64,000 nucleotides of DNA from a candidate division WOR-3 bacterium (GCA_020343595.1 CP070802.1:228435-292434), one strand, 5' to 3'. Positions 39,658-49,878 are shown, counted from the stretch's first letter. Notes: generated from the sequence alone by a model not told the origin. A program made the numbers and translations.

Positions 39658-41205
39658 TCATAGTGGTATATTCCCATGCTTCTTGGGCGGATTTGAATCG
39701 CGCTTGTTTTCTATGATTTCCAGAGACTCGATGATGCGCGCTCTTGTTTCCGACGGACGTATTACCGCATCGATATAACCCTTACTGGCTGTGACGAACG
39801 GGTTGGCGAATTTCTGAGTGTACTCATCAATAAGTTTCTTCTCCAGTGCCTTTGGATCTTTGGCCTCTTTCAACTGCTTCCGGTAGAGAATTTTCACAGC
39901 TCCATCAGGCCCCATCACGGCAATCTCTGCGCTCGGCCAGGCGAAATTAACGTCGGCCCGGGTATGTTTGGAACTCATAACACAGTACGCACCGCCATAC
40001 GCCTTACGGGTGATGATTGTGATTCTCGGTACAGTAGCCTCACAGAATGCGTAGAGCAGCTTGGCCCCGTTCTTTATAACCCCACCCCACTCCTGGGCCG
40101 TGCCGGGAAGGAAACCGGGGACATCCACGAACGTAATGATCGGAATATTAAAGCAGTCACAGAAGCGGACGAATCGTGCGCCCTTCATGCCCGAGTTCCT
40201 ACCCAGGACTCCCGCAAGGACTGCTGGCTGATTCGCCACAACCCCAACGGCTTTGCCATTGAAACGAGCAAACCCGACAATCAAGTTCGGCGCATAATGC
40301 CTGTGCACTTCCAGGAATTCTCCGCTGTCAACGATCTTTTTGATGACCTCAAGCATGTCATAGGGTTTGTTCGGGCTGTCCGGTATGATCGTATCGAGGC
40401 TCTTGTCCATACGATTCGGGTCATCAGTTGGTTCAAGAGATGGCGGATCTTCAAGATTGTTCTGCGGTATGAACGAAAAGAGTCTTTTGAGGAGCTCAAT
40501 ACATTCAAGCTCTGAATCTACCGCGAAATGCGCAACGCCAGATTTTTCATTATGCACCATCGCCCCGCCGAGTTCGTCATAAGTAACATCCTCATGTGTT
40601 GCGGCCTTAACGACATCAGGTCCGGTCAAGAACATGTAAGAACCAGCAACCATGATAATGAAATCGGTCATCGCTGGCGAGTACACTGCACCACCAGCAC
40701 AGGGACCCAGCACCGCAGATATTTGTGGAATGACACCCGAAGCGAGCACATTACGAAGAAATACATCCGTGTAACCAGCAAGACTATCAACACCCTCCTG
40801 AATGCGTGCCCCGCCCGAATCCTTCAAACCGATGATTGGGCATCCCATCTTCATTGCCAGGTCCTGCAATTTCACTATCTTACCGGCATAAGCCAAAGAC
40901 AGAGAACCACCGAACACTGTGAAATCCTCAGCGAAAATACACACCACGCGTCCATTTATCCGCCCGTAACCGGTTACAACACCATCGCCCAGTACTCGGT
41001 TCTTATCAAGACCGAAATCAGCACAACGATGGGTTACGAACTTATCGGTTTCTCTGAACGTGTTCTTATCGAGTAACAGATCTATGCGTTCACGTGCGGT
41101 CAACTTACCCTTATCATGCTGGGCTTTTATTCTTTTCTCGCCACCGCCGAGCAGCGCTTCCCTCTCGAGGTCCTCGAGGTTCTTGAGCCTATCCTCACCT
41201 TTCAT
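39658..41205 (-). CDS. Propionyl-CoA carboxylase beta chain / methylmalonyl-CoA carboxyltransferase
   Basis: About 515 aa. Carboxyltransferase N- and C-domains. ATG at 41205 (MKGEDRL) with a GGGAGG RBS. The track start at 41217 is a GTG inside the RBS. Confidence 0.85.
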   Translation of the reverse strand: MKGEDRLKNLEDLEREALLGGGEKRIKAQHDKGKLTARERIDLLLDKNTFRETDKFVTHRCADFGLDKNRVLGDGVVTGYGRINGRVVCIFAEDFTVFGGSLSLAYAGKIVKLQDLAMKMGCPIIGLKDSGGARIQEGVDSLAGYTDVFLRNVLASGVIPQISAVLGPCAGGAVYSPAMTDFIIMVAGSYMFLTGPDVVKAATHEDVTYDELGGAMVHNEKSGVAHFAVDSELECIELLKRLFSFIPQNNLEDPPSLEPTDDPNRMDKSLDTIIPDSPNKPYDMLEVIKKIVDSGEFLEVHRHYAPNLIVGFARFNGKAVGVVANQPAVLAGVLGRNSGMKGARFVRFCDCFNIPIITFVDVPGFLPGTAQEWGGVIKNGAKLLYAFCEATVPRITIITRKAYGGAYCVMSSKHTRADVNFAWPSAEIAVMGPDGAVKILYRKQLKEAKDPKALEKKLIDEYTQKFANPFVTASKGYIDAVIRPSETRARIIESLEIIENKRDSNPPKKHGNIPL

Positions 41206-41311
41206 TAATCCTCCCACTTCACTGAATCACCGTATACTACAGCACCGGTGATCATAAGACTACTCGACTGCAAGACAGCAAAAACCATCCAGGTTGATAA
41301 CACCATTATCA

Positions 41312-42220
41312 TCATCCAGAAAGCCTTTTCTTTCTCCATCGGCCGGATTTCTTTGCAGTTTTCTTTCGTTTCTGTACAACGCCTTCACCGCCGACCACTT
41401 CAACTTTCAAACTTCCCTGGCGTTCCCTCAAGCGTGCAAAAACGATCTTCGGGTCGTGCTCGAATACTAACAAGTGGTCTTCTCTGACGGCATCCTCGAC
41501 TATTTGCTTCTTCCGTGCGATGAGATCAACCGGATACAGGTCATAGCTGGTCAAGTAGTGCGGCTTAAGATGATATACCGTAGGGATGATATCACCGAGA
41601 TAGAGCGCACTGCCGTTACCGCCATCGATCAAGACCGACTGATGACCCAGTGTGTGGCCGTTGGTGAGCAAGACCTTTATGCCGCGCACGATCTCAAAAT
41701 CCCCATCAACAAATTCAACCTGTCCGGCAGCTTCCAGCGGCAGAAAATCACTGGCCCGGTAACTGGACCTCGTCCTCTCATCCGTATTCTGCGCGCTAAA
41801 CCATTCCTGTTGCTGTATGAAGTACTTTGCATTCCCGAAGGTTGGAAGATACTTGCCGCCACTGTTGGACGTATTACTCCCACAGTGGTCAAAGTGGAGA
41901 TGCGTATTGATCACATAGTCGATATCTTGAGGCTTCACTCCATATCGGGCCAAGGATGCGATCAGATTCACATCACGATCAATCTTATATACCTCTCTCA
42001 GCTTTTTACTGAATTTATCGCCGATCCCGGTATCTACAAGTATGCACTTGCCATCGGCCTTGATCAGCAGGCAATTCACCGCAAGCTTTATCCTGTTCTG
42101 TCCATCTGAAGGAGAAACTTTATCCCATAAAACCTTGGGCACAGCACCGTACATTGCTCCGCCGTCGAGCCAGAAGTGCCCGTCGGATATTGGGTACAAT
42201 TCAAATTTACCAAGCTTCAT
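41312..42220 (-). CDS. MBL-fold metallo-hydrolase
   Basis: 302 aa. Has the HxHxDH motif (NTHLHFDHCG). Lys/Arg-rich C-terminal tail. The start codon abuts the stop of the upstream B12-binding gene. Confidence 0.7.
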   Translation of the reverse strand: MKLGKFELYPISDGHFWLDGGAMYGAVPKVLWDKVSPSDGQNRIKLAVNCLLIKADGKCILVDTGIGDKFSKKLREVYKIDRDVNLIASLARYGVKPQDIDYVINTHLHFDHCGSNTSNSGGKYLPTFGNAKYFIQQQEWFSAQNTDERTRSSYRASDFLPLEAAGQVEFVDGDFEIVRGIKVLLTNGHTLGHQSVLIDGGNGSALYLGDIIPTVYHLKPHYLTSYDLYPVDLIARKKQIVEDAVREDHLLVFEHDPKIVFARLRERQGSLKVEVVGGEGVVQKRKKTAKKSGRWRKKRLSG

Positions 42221-42700
42221 CTATTTCTTTCTTTTCTTGGTGACTCTTTTCTTGACGGATCTTTTCGCGCGCCGCGATGGCTTTTTTGGCTCCGAAGTAT
42301 TGCTTCTTATCCAATCCACGATCTCACTGGTCGGTGTTCCGGGGCCAAAAAGCATGCGGACACCAATTCGCTGAAGCTTTTTCATGTCATCAATCGGGAT
42401 TATGCCACCACCTATCACCAATATGTCAGTAGCTTTCTTTGCCTTGAGCAACTTCAAGACCTTGGGGAATATCGTCATATGTGCGCCGGATAGAACCGAG
42501 AGTCCGATGACTTGCACGTCCTCCTGCACGGCTGCTTCGACGATACTCTCGCACGTCTGATGAAGTCCAGTGTATATTACTTCCATCCCTGCATCACGCA
42601 GCGCAGCAGCAACAACTTTTGCACCCCGATCGTGTCCATCAAGGCCTGGCTTGCCAACCAAAACGCGAATCTTACCTCTCATAAGACCTCCTGACGACAA
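42221..42700 (-). CDS. Methylmalonyl-CoA mutase B12-binding (C-terminal domain) subunit
   Basis: 159 aa. Cobalamin-binding DxHxxG motif ([11 protein letters not shown]) and a Rossmann-like fold. Lys-rich C-terminal tail of about 25 aa. Confidence 0.8.
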   Translation of the reverse strand: MSSGGLMRGKIRVLVGKPGLDGHDRGAKVVAAALRDAGMEVIYTGLHQTCESIVEAAVQEDVQVIGLSVLSGAHMTIFPKVLKLLKAKKATDILVIGGGIIPIDDMKKLQRIGVRMLFGPGTPTSEIVDWIRSNTSEPKKPSRRAKRSVKKRVTKKRKK

Positions 42701-42732
42701 TTCCGAATTTCGAAATTCGAATTGCGAAATTT

Positions 42733-44364
42733 CTAGAATATGATCGGCTCATGATATATGCCATATTCTTCTTTTAATGTATTACACATTTCTCCAATAG
42801 TTGCGTACTCACGCACGCAATCTAAAATCCTTGGCATCAGGCTCTCACCATCTTCTGCCGCTTTCCGAAGCATACGCAATTTTTCTCTCACACGCTTATT
42901 GTTCCTTTGTTTTCTGAGTTTCCTGAGTTCCTGTATTTGAACCTTTTCGACCTGTCGCGATATCTTGAGTATCTCGATCTCTGGCCTTTCTTCTTCCTCG
43001 AAGACATTTACGCCAACATGATATTTCTGCTTCCGTTCCAATGCTTTCTGATATGAGTACGCGCTACGGGATATTTCCTTCTGAAAAAACCCTTTCTCAA
43101 TAGCGGGTATCACACCACCCATCTTGTCAATCTTGGTAAAGTATTCGTAGGCACCCTTCTCCAGTTCATTCGTGAGTGATTCCACATAATAAGACCCACC
43201 CAGAGGATCAATCGTATTAGCCACACCAGATTCATAGGCCAACAGCTGCTGCGTACGCAAGGCTATCTTCGCCGACTTCTCCGTTGGCAGAGCGTATGTC
43301 TCATCCATTGAATTAGTGTGAAGAGACTGAGTTCCACCGAGCACTGCTGAAAGTGCCTGATACGCGGTACGAATAATGTTGTTCTCCGGCTGTTGTGCCG
43401 TCAACGTGCATCCGGCAGTCTGGGTATGGAAACGCATCAGATAGGAACGCGGATCTTCTGCGTTGTATTTCTCGCGCATCATACGAGCCCATATCCTCCG
43501 TGCCGCACGATACTTTGCGATTTCTTCGAAGAAATCAAGATGTGCGTTAAAGAAGAACGATAGACGCGGCGCGAATTTATCAACGGAGAGACCTGCCTTG
43601 ATTCCGTGCTCCACGTACGTGAAGCCGTTCTTAAGAGTAAAGGCGAGCTCCTGGAGCGCAGTAGAACCCGCCTCCCGGATATGATAACCCGAGATCGATA
43701 TCGTGTTCCACTTGGGAACATGCTCACAACAATATGCAAGAATATCGGAAATGATCTTCATTGACGGACCGGGCGGGTAGATCCACGTCTTCTGTGCCTG
43801 GTATTCTTTCAGCATATCGTTCTGTATCGTGCCGGTCAGAATCCTCGGAGGAAGGCCTTGTTTCTCTCCTACTGCAATATACATCGCGAGTAGCATTGCT
43901 GCCGGAGGATTGATCGTCATGGAGGTGGAAATCCTGTCGAGCGGGATCCCTCTGAAGAGTATTTCCATATCGCGTAGACTGTCTATGGCAACACCACATT
44001 TGCCAACTTCGCCGCGGGAGAAGGAATCGTCCGAATCACGCCCGTAAAGTGTCGGAAAATCAAATGCAACAGACAGACCGGTCTGGCCATGCTTCAACAA
44101 ATACTTGTAGCGCCGGTTAGTATCCCTGGCAGTGCCGAAGCCAGAGAATTGTCGCATTGTCCAGAGACGGCCCCGATACATATTCGTGTATACACCCCGC
44201 ACGTACGGAAACGCACCCGGATATCCAAGGTCTCTATCGTATTCTATATCAGCAATGTCATCCGGTGTATACAATACCCTGACCGGCAGACCGGAGACGG
44301 TCGTAAATTCCACCTGCCTCTCCTCACACGACTTCACTTTCTCATTCCATTCTTCTTTTTTCAC
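42733..44364 (-). CDS. Methylmalonyl-CoA mutase family, catalytic subunit, copy 2
   Basis: 543 aa, paralogous to 35951..37501 ([50 protein letters not shown]). Confidence 0.85.
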   Translation of the reverse strand: MKKEEWNEKVKSCEERQVEFTTVSGLPVRVLYTPDDIADIEYDRDLGYPGAFPYVRGVYTNMYRGRLWTMRQFSGFGTARDTNRRYKYLLKHGQTGLSVAFDFPTLYGRDSDDSFSRGEVGKCGVAIDSLRDMEILFRGIPLDRISTSMTINPPAAMLLAMYIAVGEKQGLPPRILTGTIQNDMLKEYQAQKTWIYPPGPSMKIISDILAYCCEHVPKWNTISISGYHIREAGSTALQELAFTLKNGFTYVEHGIKAGLSVDKFAPRLSFFFNAHLDFFEEIAKYRAARRIWARMMREKYNAEDPRSYLMRFHTQTAGCTLTAQQPENNIIRTAYQALSAVLGGTQSLHTNSMDETYALPTEKSAKIALRTQQLLAYESGVANTIDPLGGSYYVESLTNELEKGAYEYFTKIDKMGGVIPAIEKGFFQKEISRSAYSYQKALERKQKYHVGVNVFEEEERPEIEILKISRQVEKVQIQELRKLRKQRNNKRVREKLRMLRKAAEDGESLMPRILDCVREYATIGEMCNTLKEEYGIYHEPIIF

Positions 44365-44373
44365 CCAAACCTC

Positions 44374-45339
44374 CTACCGGCTACCCCTGATAATTCTTCG
44401 AGCGATTTTCTTTGCAACTCGATAGGGATTGAGCTGACGTTTGTACATGCTTTCCATCAGTTGTTTTATTTCATTCTCGGGAATCACCTTCTTCTGCAAG
44501 TGTACCCTTATCCTCCGTTCAATCAGCTCATGCATGCGTAGCAACAACTTTTTCTTTCGCTCCTGCTCCAACTTTCCCGTCTTTGTCAGATGTTTCTCGT
44601 GTGACTCAAGAGCCAGAACAAGTTCTTCTATACCTTCATCCTTTATTGCAGTTGTCTTCAGGATCGGGAGGTCCCACCCGGCCTCTTTTTCTCTCATTTC
44701 GAAAGCGAACTTCAGTTCGCTTACGAGACGTTCAGACCCCTCACGGTCGCCTTTATTGACAACCATGATATCGGCAATCTCCAGCAGTCCCGCCTTCATG
44801 GCCTGAATGCTATCGCCGGATTCGGGAACCAATACGACGATGGTTGTATCACAAACCTGCGCAATGTCCAGTTCTACCTGTCCGACACCGATCGTTTCGA
44901 TGAGAACATAGTCCATACCCGCGGCATCGAGCACAAGGGCTACGTCCTTTGTTGCCTGTGCCAGGCCGCCCATGCTGCCGCGCGACGCCATGCTCCTGAT
45001 GAATATATTATCTTTTAATGCAAGATCGGTCATGCGTATCCGATCGCCCAGGAGCGCCCCGCCGGAGAAAGGCGAACTAGGGTCGACTGCTATTATACCA
45101 ACCTTCTTATCGCAACCAAGGAGCCGCTTCGCGATTGAAGTGACCAGTGTCGATTTTCCTGCTCCTGGCGGACCAGTAATACCAATATGGAAGGAACGCC
45201 CGGTATGGGGAAAGATGCTTTCCAGGAGATCCTCACCCTTACCATCCTCCACGGCGCTGACTATCCTGGCAATGACCCTCTTGTCGCCCTTTAACAGACT
45301 CTTGATATCATTCATGCAGACAGCCCGGAAGCGCTCCAT
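44374..45339 (-). CDS. meaB: Methylmalonyl-CoA mutase-associated GTPase MeaB/ArgK
   Basis: 321 aa. P-loop GITGPPGAGKST and the G3E family motifs. Confidence 0.85.
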   Translation of the reverse strand: MERFRAVCMNDIKSLLKGDKRVIARIVSAVEDGKGEDLLESIFPHTGRSFHIGITGPPGAGKSTLVTSIAKRLLGCDKKVGIIAVDPSSPFSGGALLGDRIRMTDLALKDNIFIRSMASRGSMGGLAQATKDVALVLDAAGMDYVLIETIGVGQVELDIAQVCDTTIVVLVPESGDSIQAMKAGLLEIADIMVVNKGDREGSERLVSELKFAFEMREKEAGWDLPILKTTAIKDEGIEELVLALESHEKHLTKTGKLEQERKKKLLLRMHELIERRIRVHLQKKVIPENEIKQLMESMYKRQLNPYRVAKKIARRIIRGSR

Positions 45340-45357
45340 CGAGCGGGATCATACTCT

Positions 45358-47220
45358 TCATTGACGAATGGATCCACGACCACTTGCCTCCGTTCCTTTG
45401 ATCTTCACCAGGAGAAAGTCAAGCGAACCAGCAGCGCCACCGTCTGAATGGCCAGCCACGAAAAGATCACCGGTTCGACTGAAATAAACCGCATTCGCCC
45501 ACTCGGTACCATGCCTACTGATTGCCTTCTCCCAAATAACGGAACCTTCGGTATCGAGCCCGGTTATGTACAAATTATTGTTATACGTTCTCCTATCATC
45601 TTCGGTCGGCCTGACCATTTCCTTTGTCATACCAACAATCACATAACCATCGTTACCAGACTGACATACTGCATTGCCATATTCATAAAAAGGCTTGTTG
45701 CCGAACGATGTCAGCCACTCTTCATTTCCCATCGAATCGGTCTTGACGACAACCACGTCCATCATATCGTTGCAATCAGAGTATCCGGTTAATATCCAAC
45801 CACCATCCACGGCAGGCGAAGATCCCTTACACCAATCAAATCCATGACCGTGCTCACCTGGTGCATTGTAGTGTCGTGACCACTCCCTTTTACCAGAGGA
45901 GTCTATCTTAGCCAGATAGAAATCAGTGTTCGAGCTAAAGCTCCCGCTGGTCGCCGTTATCACACAACCGCCATCTTCAGTAGCGTGAACAGAATTTGCC
46001 ATGTCAATTCGCCAGCCGCTGTACGTATTCGACCAGACAGTATTCCCCGCTGCATCAATCTTAAGCAGATATATATCTTCCTCGCTGACACCAAATGAGT
46101 GAGTGAAACCACATACGTAGAAGTGCTTGTCGCCAGCACGGCATATTGCAGTTCCGACATCCCAACTCCTGCCGCCAAATGTCTTTGACCATAATTCATT
46201 TCCTTCGTGGTCGATCTTCAGCAAATAGAAATCCTTGGATCCAGCACCAAACGAAGTGGTGTAACCGAGAACCAAAAAACCGTCATCAGTCTCCGCGCAT
46301 GCATTGCCATATTCTGTCCCTGCCCCGCCGAAGCGCTTGGACCAGATCATGTCGCCGCCGGCATCGGTCTTGACAAGCAAAATATCCGCGTCCGGCTCGC
46401 CAGGAGCAAAGGTATAACCAACCACAAGAATGCCGCCGTCGCGTGTCGTGCACGAAGCACGGGCACCATCGGCACCGCCGCCGCCGTAGTTTTTGGCCCA
46501 CACAATATCTCCTCGGTCGAAATCTACATCCATCTCCTCGACGTATCCAGCGGACAGGTTACCCTTGTGACCCCGGTTCTGATTTTTTTCAATAACGGTC
46601 GCGACTGCCATCACATTCGCATAGTTGTAGTATTGTCCCCGCGCGCTGGTGATGATGTTGCCATCGATAGTCGGAGGATTGTCGTTCCGCGGACGTCCGA
46701 TATAATTGGCTCCAGCGTCGATGTACTCTTGACGGAATCTCGGTGACCCGACGATGAATCGTCCCCGTATGATATCAGCCGCGGCCAGTGCACGGACTCC
46801 GGCACAGGTAGCAGAGAGCGGCAACCCGTAGTACGCAGCCCGCCGGATGAGACGCATGGCTTCAGGACTATCTATTATATCGCCCACCGGGTGTTCAACC
46901 GGAGCGGCATTGCCGGTCGACGGTGCAATTATCAAACCGTCGTAGTATCCAATGTCTTCAAGGTCTTCAATGTTTCTGTCAGGAATTAGCGAAAAGACCT
47001 GACCGTGGTTGGCAAACCACGGGCACGGTACTATGCTGTCCAGGACGCCAGTATGGGTCACATTCCACCCGTATTCTTCAATAACATCACTCAGCAGATA
47101 ATAATTCGCTCCCAGGTTGCGCGGCGTCAAGATCAAAACATTGATGCCGCTGTCGTGCCGGGGCGCGCAAGAAACAAAAATCAAAACGATCAAACATACC
47201 GTCAAATAATTTCGGGTCAT
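45358..47220 (-). CDS. Lipoprotein with an N-terminal DJ-1/PfpI-like domain followed by about 7 beta-propeller-type repeats
   Basis: Signal peptide with a lipobox (LIVLIFVSC). DJ-1/PfpI-like region (GLIIAP, ATCAGVRALAAA). Seven 50 aa repeats of consensus GYT.SFG.G..D.YLLKID..GN..WSKTFGG. ATG at 47220 with a GGGGGTGA RBS. The track start is 47235. Confidence 0.6.
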   Translation of the reverse strand: MTRNYLTVCLIVLIFVSCAPRHDSGINVLILTPRNLGANYYLLSDVIEEYGWNVTHTGVLDSIVPCPWFANHGQVFSLIPDRNIEDLEDIGYYDGLIIAPSTGNAAPVEHPVGDIIDSPEAMRLIRRAAYYGLPLSATCAGVRALAAADIIRGRFIVGSPRFRQEYIDAGANYIGRPRNDNPPTIDGNIITSARGQYYNYANVMAVATVIEKNQNRGHKGNLSAGYVEEMDVDFDRGDIVWAKNYGGGGADGARASCTTRDGGILVVGYTFAPGEPDADILLVKTDAGGDMIWSKRFGGAGTEYGNACAETDDGFLVLGYTTSFGAGSKDFYLLKIDHEGNELWSKTFGGRSWDVGTAICRAGDKHFYVCGFTHSFGVSEEDIYLLKIDAAGNTVWSNTYSGWRIDMANSVHATEDGGCVITATSGSFSSNTDFYLAKIDSSGKREWSRHYNAPGEHGHGFDWCKGSSPAVDGGWILTGYSDCNDMMDVVVVKTDSMGNEEWLTSFGNKPFYEYGNAVCQSGNDGYVIVGMTKEMVRPTEDDRRTYNNNLYITGLDTEGSVIWEKAISRHGTEWANAVYFSRTGDLFVAGHSDGGAAGSLDFLLVKIKGTEASGRGSIRQ

Positions 47221-47248
47221 ACCGTCACCCCCCATGCAACAAATCCGA

Positions 47249-47737
47249 TCAGTCTATCTCCTCAAATTCACCGGTTTTTTTATTCTTACGCACTTTGTCC
47301 CAGTAGAAATAGCGTCCGTTCATCACCACATATATCCCGTGCGGCAGGGTCTGTACAAATGCCAGAGCACTGCCCAGATTGAACAAACCATCCGAACTGC
47401 CAAAGGTATAGGGCACCATTGCACCGGTAAGCACAACGGTCTTGTCCTTGACGTGTTCGGCGATCACCCGTGCCGTATCGACTATCGTGTCGGTACCGTG
47501 CGTAATAACGATGCGCTCTTCCACAGCCTTCTTACAGTTCCGCGCGATCGTCTCCCTGTCTTCATCGCTTATCTCACGGCTATCCACCATCATCAGAGTC
47601 CTTACATCGACTGCTACGCGGCACCTGCCCAGCATCAAAGTATGGGGAACGTGGGTTTCCTTGAAATATAGTTCGCCGGTCAGTTCATTGTATTCTTTGT
47701 CAAAAGTACCACCGGTGACGAAAATTCTTATGTTCAT
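47249..47737 (-). CDS. Asparaginase-domain protein (short, N-terminal asparaginase fold only)
   Basis: 162 aa. Has VTGGTFDKEY and VITHGTDT motifs of the L-asparaginase N-terminal domain. Confidence 0.6.
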   Translation of the reverse strand: MNIRIFVTGGTFDKEYNELTGELYFKETHVPHTLMLGRCRVAVDVRTLMMVDSREISDEDRETIARNCKKAVEERIVITHGTDTIVDTARVIAEHVKDKTVVLTGAMVPYTFGSSDGLFNLGSALAFVQTLPHGIYVVMNGRYFYWDKVRKNKKTGEFEEID

Positions 47738-47740
47738 GAT

Positions 47741-48259
47741 TTACTCAGTACTCATCGCCTCACGTAAGCGCCCCCGTACTCCACCGGCAACCACTGCCAT
47801 CACAATCGACAGGACCACACCTATCTCTTCGTCTGTGATTTTCTGCTGCTTGGCGACGCCAAGTAGATTCTTCATTCACGTGGGGCAGCCATTTGCCAAT
47901 GCCGCTGCTATCTGGATCAATAGTGTAGTGCGGGCATCAAGCACATCATTCTGCTTCGCCGATTCGAAAAAATCAGAAAATTTCTTCTTCTGAACATCAG
48001 GTATCGAACCTGTTTCTTTGCGGTGGAGGATGCTGCATGCAGAAACTGCCATGACCAAAGAAAGAACAGTACCCGTATGTTCTTCTGTAAAACCTTTTTC
48101 CCTGGCAACTCCAAGGTAGTATCTCATTCACGATCCGCAGCCAAAAGAAGTCGCCGTCGCAAGGTGGAGCATAAGAGTGGTATCCTCCCCGAGCACCTTG
48201 TTGTAACGGGCAGATTCATAGAATGACGTGTATGCTTTGTTCTGTTTATCAGGCAACAC
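47741..48259 (-). CDS. Tandem AhpD/carboxymuconolactone-decarboxylase-like protein with two in-frame TGA codons; probable selenoprotein with Sec at both sites (CxxU x2)
   Basis: GTG start at 48259, 5 nt after a GGGGAGG RBS; stop TAA at 47743..47741. A 173-codon frame is open except for TGA at 48130..48128 and at 47878..47876. Domain 1 reads ...ATATSFGCGS-[TGA]-MRYYLGVAREKGFTEEHTGTVLSLVMAV. Domain 2 reads ...IAAALANGCPT-[TGA]-MKNLLGVAKQQKITDEEIGVVLSIVMAV. Each TGA replaces the second Cys of the AhpD-family CxxC motif. The track shows only the middle piece (47876..48127). Confidence 0.6.
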
Positions 48260-48298
48260 TTTCACCTCCCCACAAAGACGCGTTCGGTCAAACAGATT

Positions 48299-49777
48299 TT
48301 AATCAATCTCGCCCATTTGATCGAGGATCGCTTGTGCAGGTTCTGCTCTAAATCCATTTGGTGCGAGTTCGAGATATCTCTGCAAGTAATCCCTGGCCAG
48401 ATCACTTTTGTTCATTCCATGGTAGATCTCACCGAGCATGTAATATGGATGCGCAAATTCCTCATCCAGTGAGATTGCTTTTTCATAGTGGCGGATCGCC
48501 TGCTTGATATCGCCCTTTCGGAAATAGGCCTCCGCCATGCTGTCGTATGAATTAGGATCATCCGGCGACTTCTCTACCAGTCTACGGAAAGCCCTTATTG
48601 CATCGTCATACGCCTCGACGCCAATCTGACAGTAACCGAGCATGTTATACTGTCTGCTGTTCTCTGGATCAAGTTCTATTGCCTGTTTGTATCTCTCAAT
48701 CGCAGGATAGTATGCCTGCATTTCATAGTACGCAGATGCCATGCGCCGGTGAGCATCCGCATTCCGAGGATCTGAAGTAATGACACTCTCTGTCTCGATG
48801 ATTACGTCCAACAGATCGATGAATCTCTCATCGTCAATACCACCCAGTCCATAGGGGTAAGCCCCTCGACTTGTCTTGATCATTTCGCGTAGGGCAACAG
48901 CATCACCGGTTCTTCGAAAAGCAGTCAGTTCCTTTTGAAACCTGGCAGCATGTTCCAACCCCGTCTTCTGCTTCTTTTCAATTACCAGATCAAACCCTTC
49001 TTGAGCCTCTTCGAAGCGACCAGACTGACTCAATTCTACGCTGTTCTTGAATATGGAATATGGCTTCCAGTCGTAACCAAGCTGCGATACCAGAAGATCA
49101 GCGTGTTCCGCGCGAACCTGTTCTGCATAAGCAGACAGCGGATATCTGTCTACAACCTTCGCAAAATCATTCGCTGCTTCTACCGGTTCGTTCATTTCGA
49201 GACGGATGCGGGCCATTTCAAACTGGTATTGCGGTGCCCACAGGCCGTCAGGATCTCTTTCCAGAGAGCTTACATAAAATCTTACAATACTAGCCTGGTC
49301 GCCGAGCTTTCGATAACTTGCCAATAGCCGTGAGGTGAAAACTGGGGTCCAGTCTGCTGCCAGTTCAGAATGAAAAGGCTCGTTAAGTCTTTCGAGTGCA
49401 GATTCGTAGATTCTGACCGCATCCTCCCATTTCTCCTGCTTCTCATAACACAAACCCAGACGGTCAAAGGAAAAGATCTCCCAACCACTATCACTATGCT
49501 TGCTCAGGATATTCTGATAGACGATCGCTGCCTTATGGTAGTCCTGTTTTATGGTGTAGTAAATATTGGCGATCGCCCATTTGGCTGCAGGTGCGAGATG
49601 GTGGTCAGGATTCTCGTGTAAAAAATATTCATAGGCCTTCAGGGCATCGTCGTATCGTCTATTTTCAAGAAGCTTGTTGGCTTCGTCGAATACATTGAGA
49701 CTGTCCTCTTCTGCTACACCTGAGGAGACCAGGACAAGAAAGCACAGACATATCATCAACACAGATCTGTTAATCAT
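48299..49777 (-). CDS. Secreted tetratricopeptide-repeat protein
   Basis: 492 aa. N-terminal signal peptide, then multiple TPR-like helical repeats (AL.AYE.., AI..Y..A). Confidence 0.7.
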   Translation of the reverse strand: MINRSVLMICLCFLVLVSSGVAEEDSLNVFDEANKLLENRRYDDALKAYEYFLHENPDHHLAPAAKWAIANIYYTIKQDYHKAAIVYQNILSKHSDSGWEIFSFDRLGLCYEKQEKWEDAVRIYESALERLNEPFHSELAADWTPVFTSRLLASYRKLGDQASIVRFYVSSLERDPDGLWAPQYQFEMARIRLEMNEPVEAANDFAKVVDRYPLSAYAEQVRAEHADLLVSQLGYDWKPYSIFKNSVELSQSGRFEEAQEGFDLVIEKKQKTGLEHAARFQKELTAFRRTGDAVALREMIKTSRGAYPYGLGGIDDERFIDLLDVIIETESVITSDPRNADAHRRMASAYYEMQAYYPAIERYKQAIELDPENSRQYNMLGYCQIGVEAYDDAIRAFRRLVEKSPDDPNSYDSMAEAYFRKGDIKQAIRHYEKAISLDEEFAHPYYMLGEIYHGMNKSDLARDYLQRYLELAPNGFRAEPAQAILDQMGEID

Positions 49778-49878
49778 AAATGCCCACCTCTGTCATAACG
49801 TTATTCTCCCGAAGGTACCTGTGCTCCAAGCATAGGGCTGCGCTGCACCGTTCGGATAACACTGAAAGCAGTGGCCGA

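Noticed and set aside
41218-41311. Inverted repeat ATCACCG-N13-CGGTGAT between the MBL-fold gene and pccB as a terminator
   Set aside because: No U-run follows it, and the RBS of pccB comes immediately after. It is more likely incidental or a weak attenuator, so it was not listed as a feature.
47741-48259. In-frame TGAs explained by an alternative genetic code (code 4 or 25), or by a pseudogene
   Set aside because: All other genes in the window give full-length, well-conserved products under the standard code, with TGA, TAA and TAG used as stops. Two independent TGAs falling exactly on the homologous redox Cys of two repeats is not what random decay produces.
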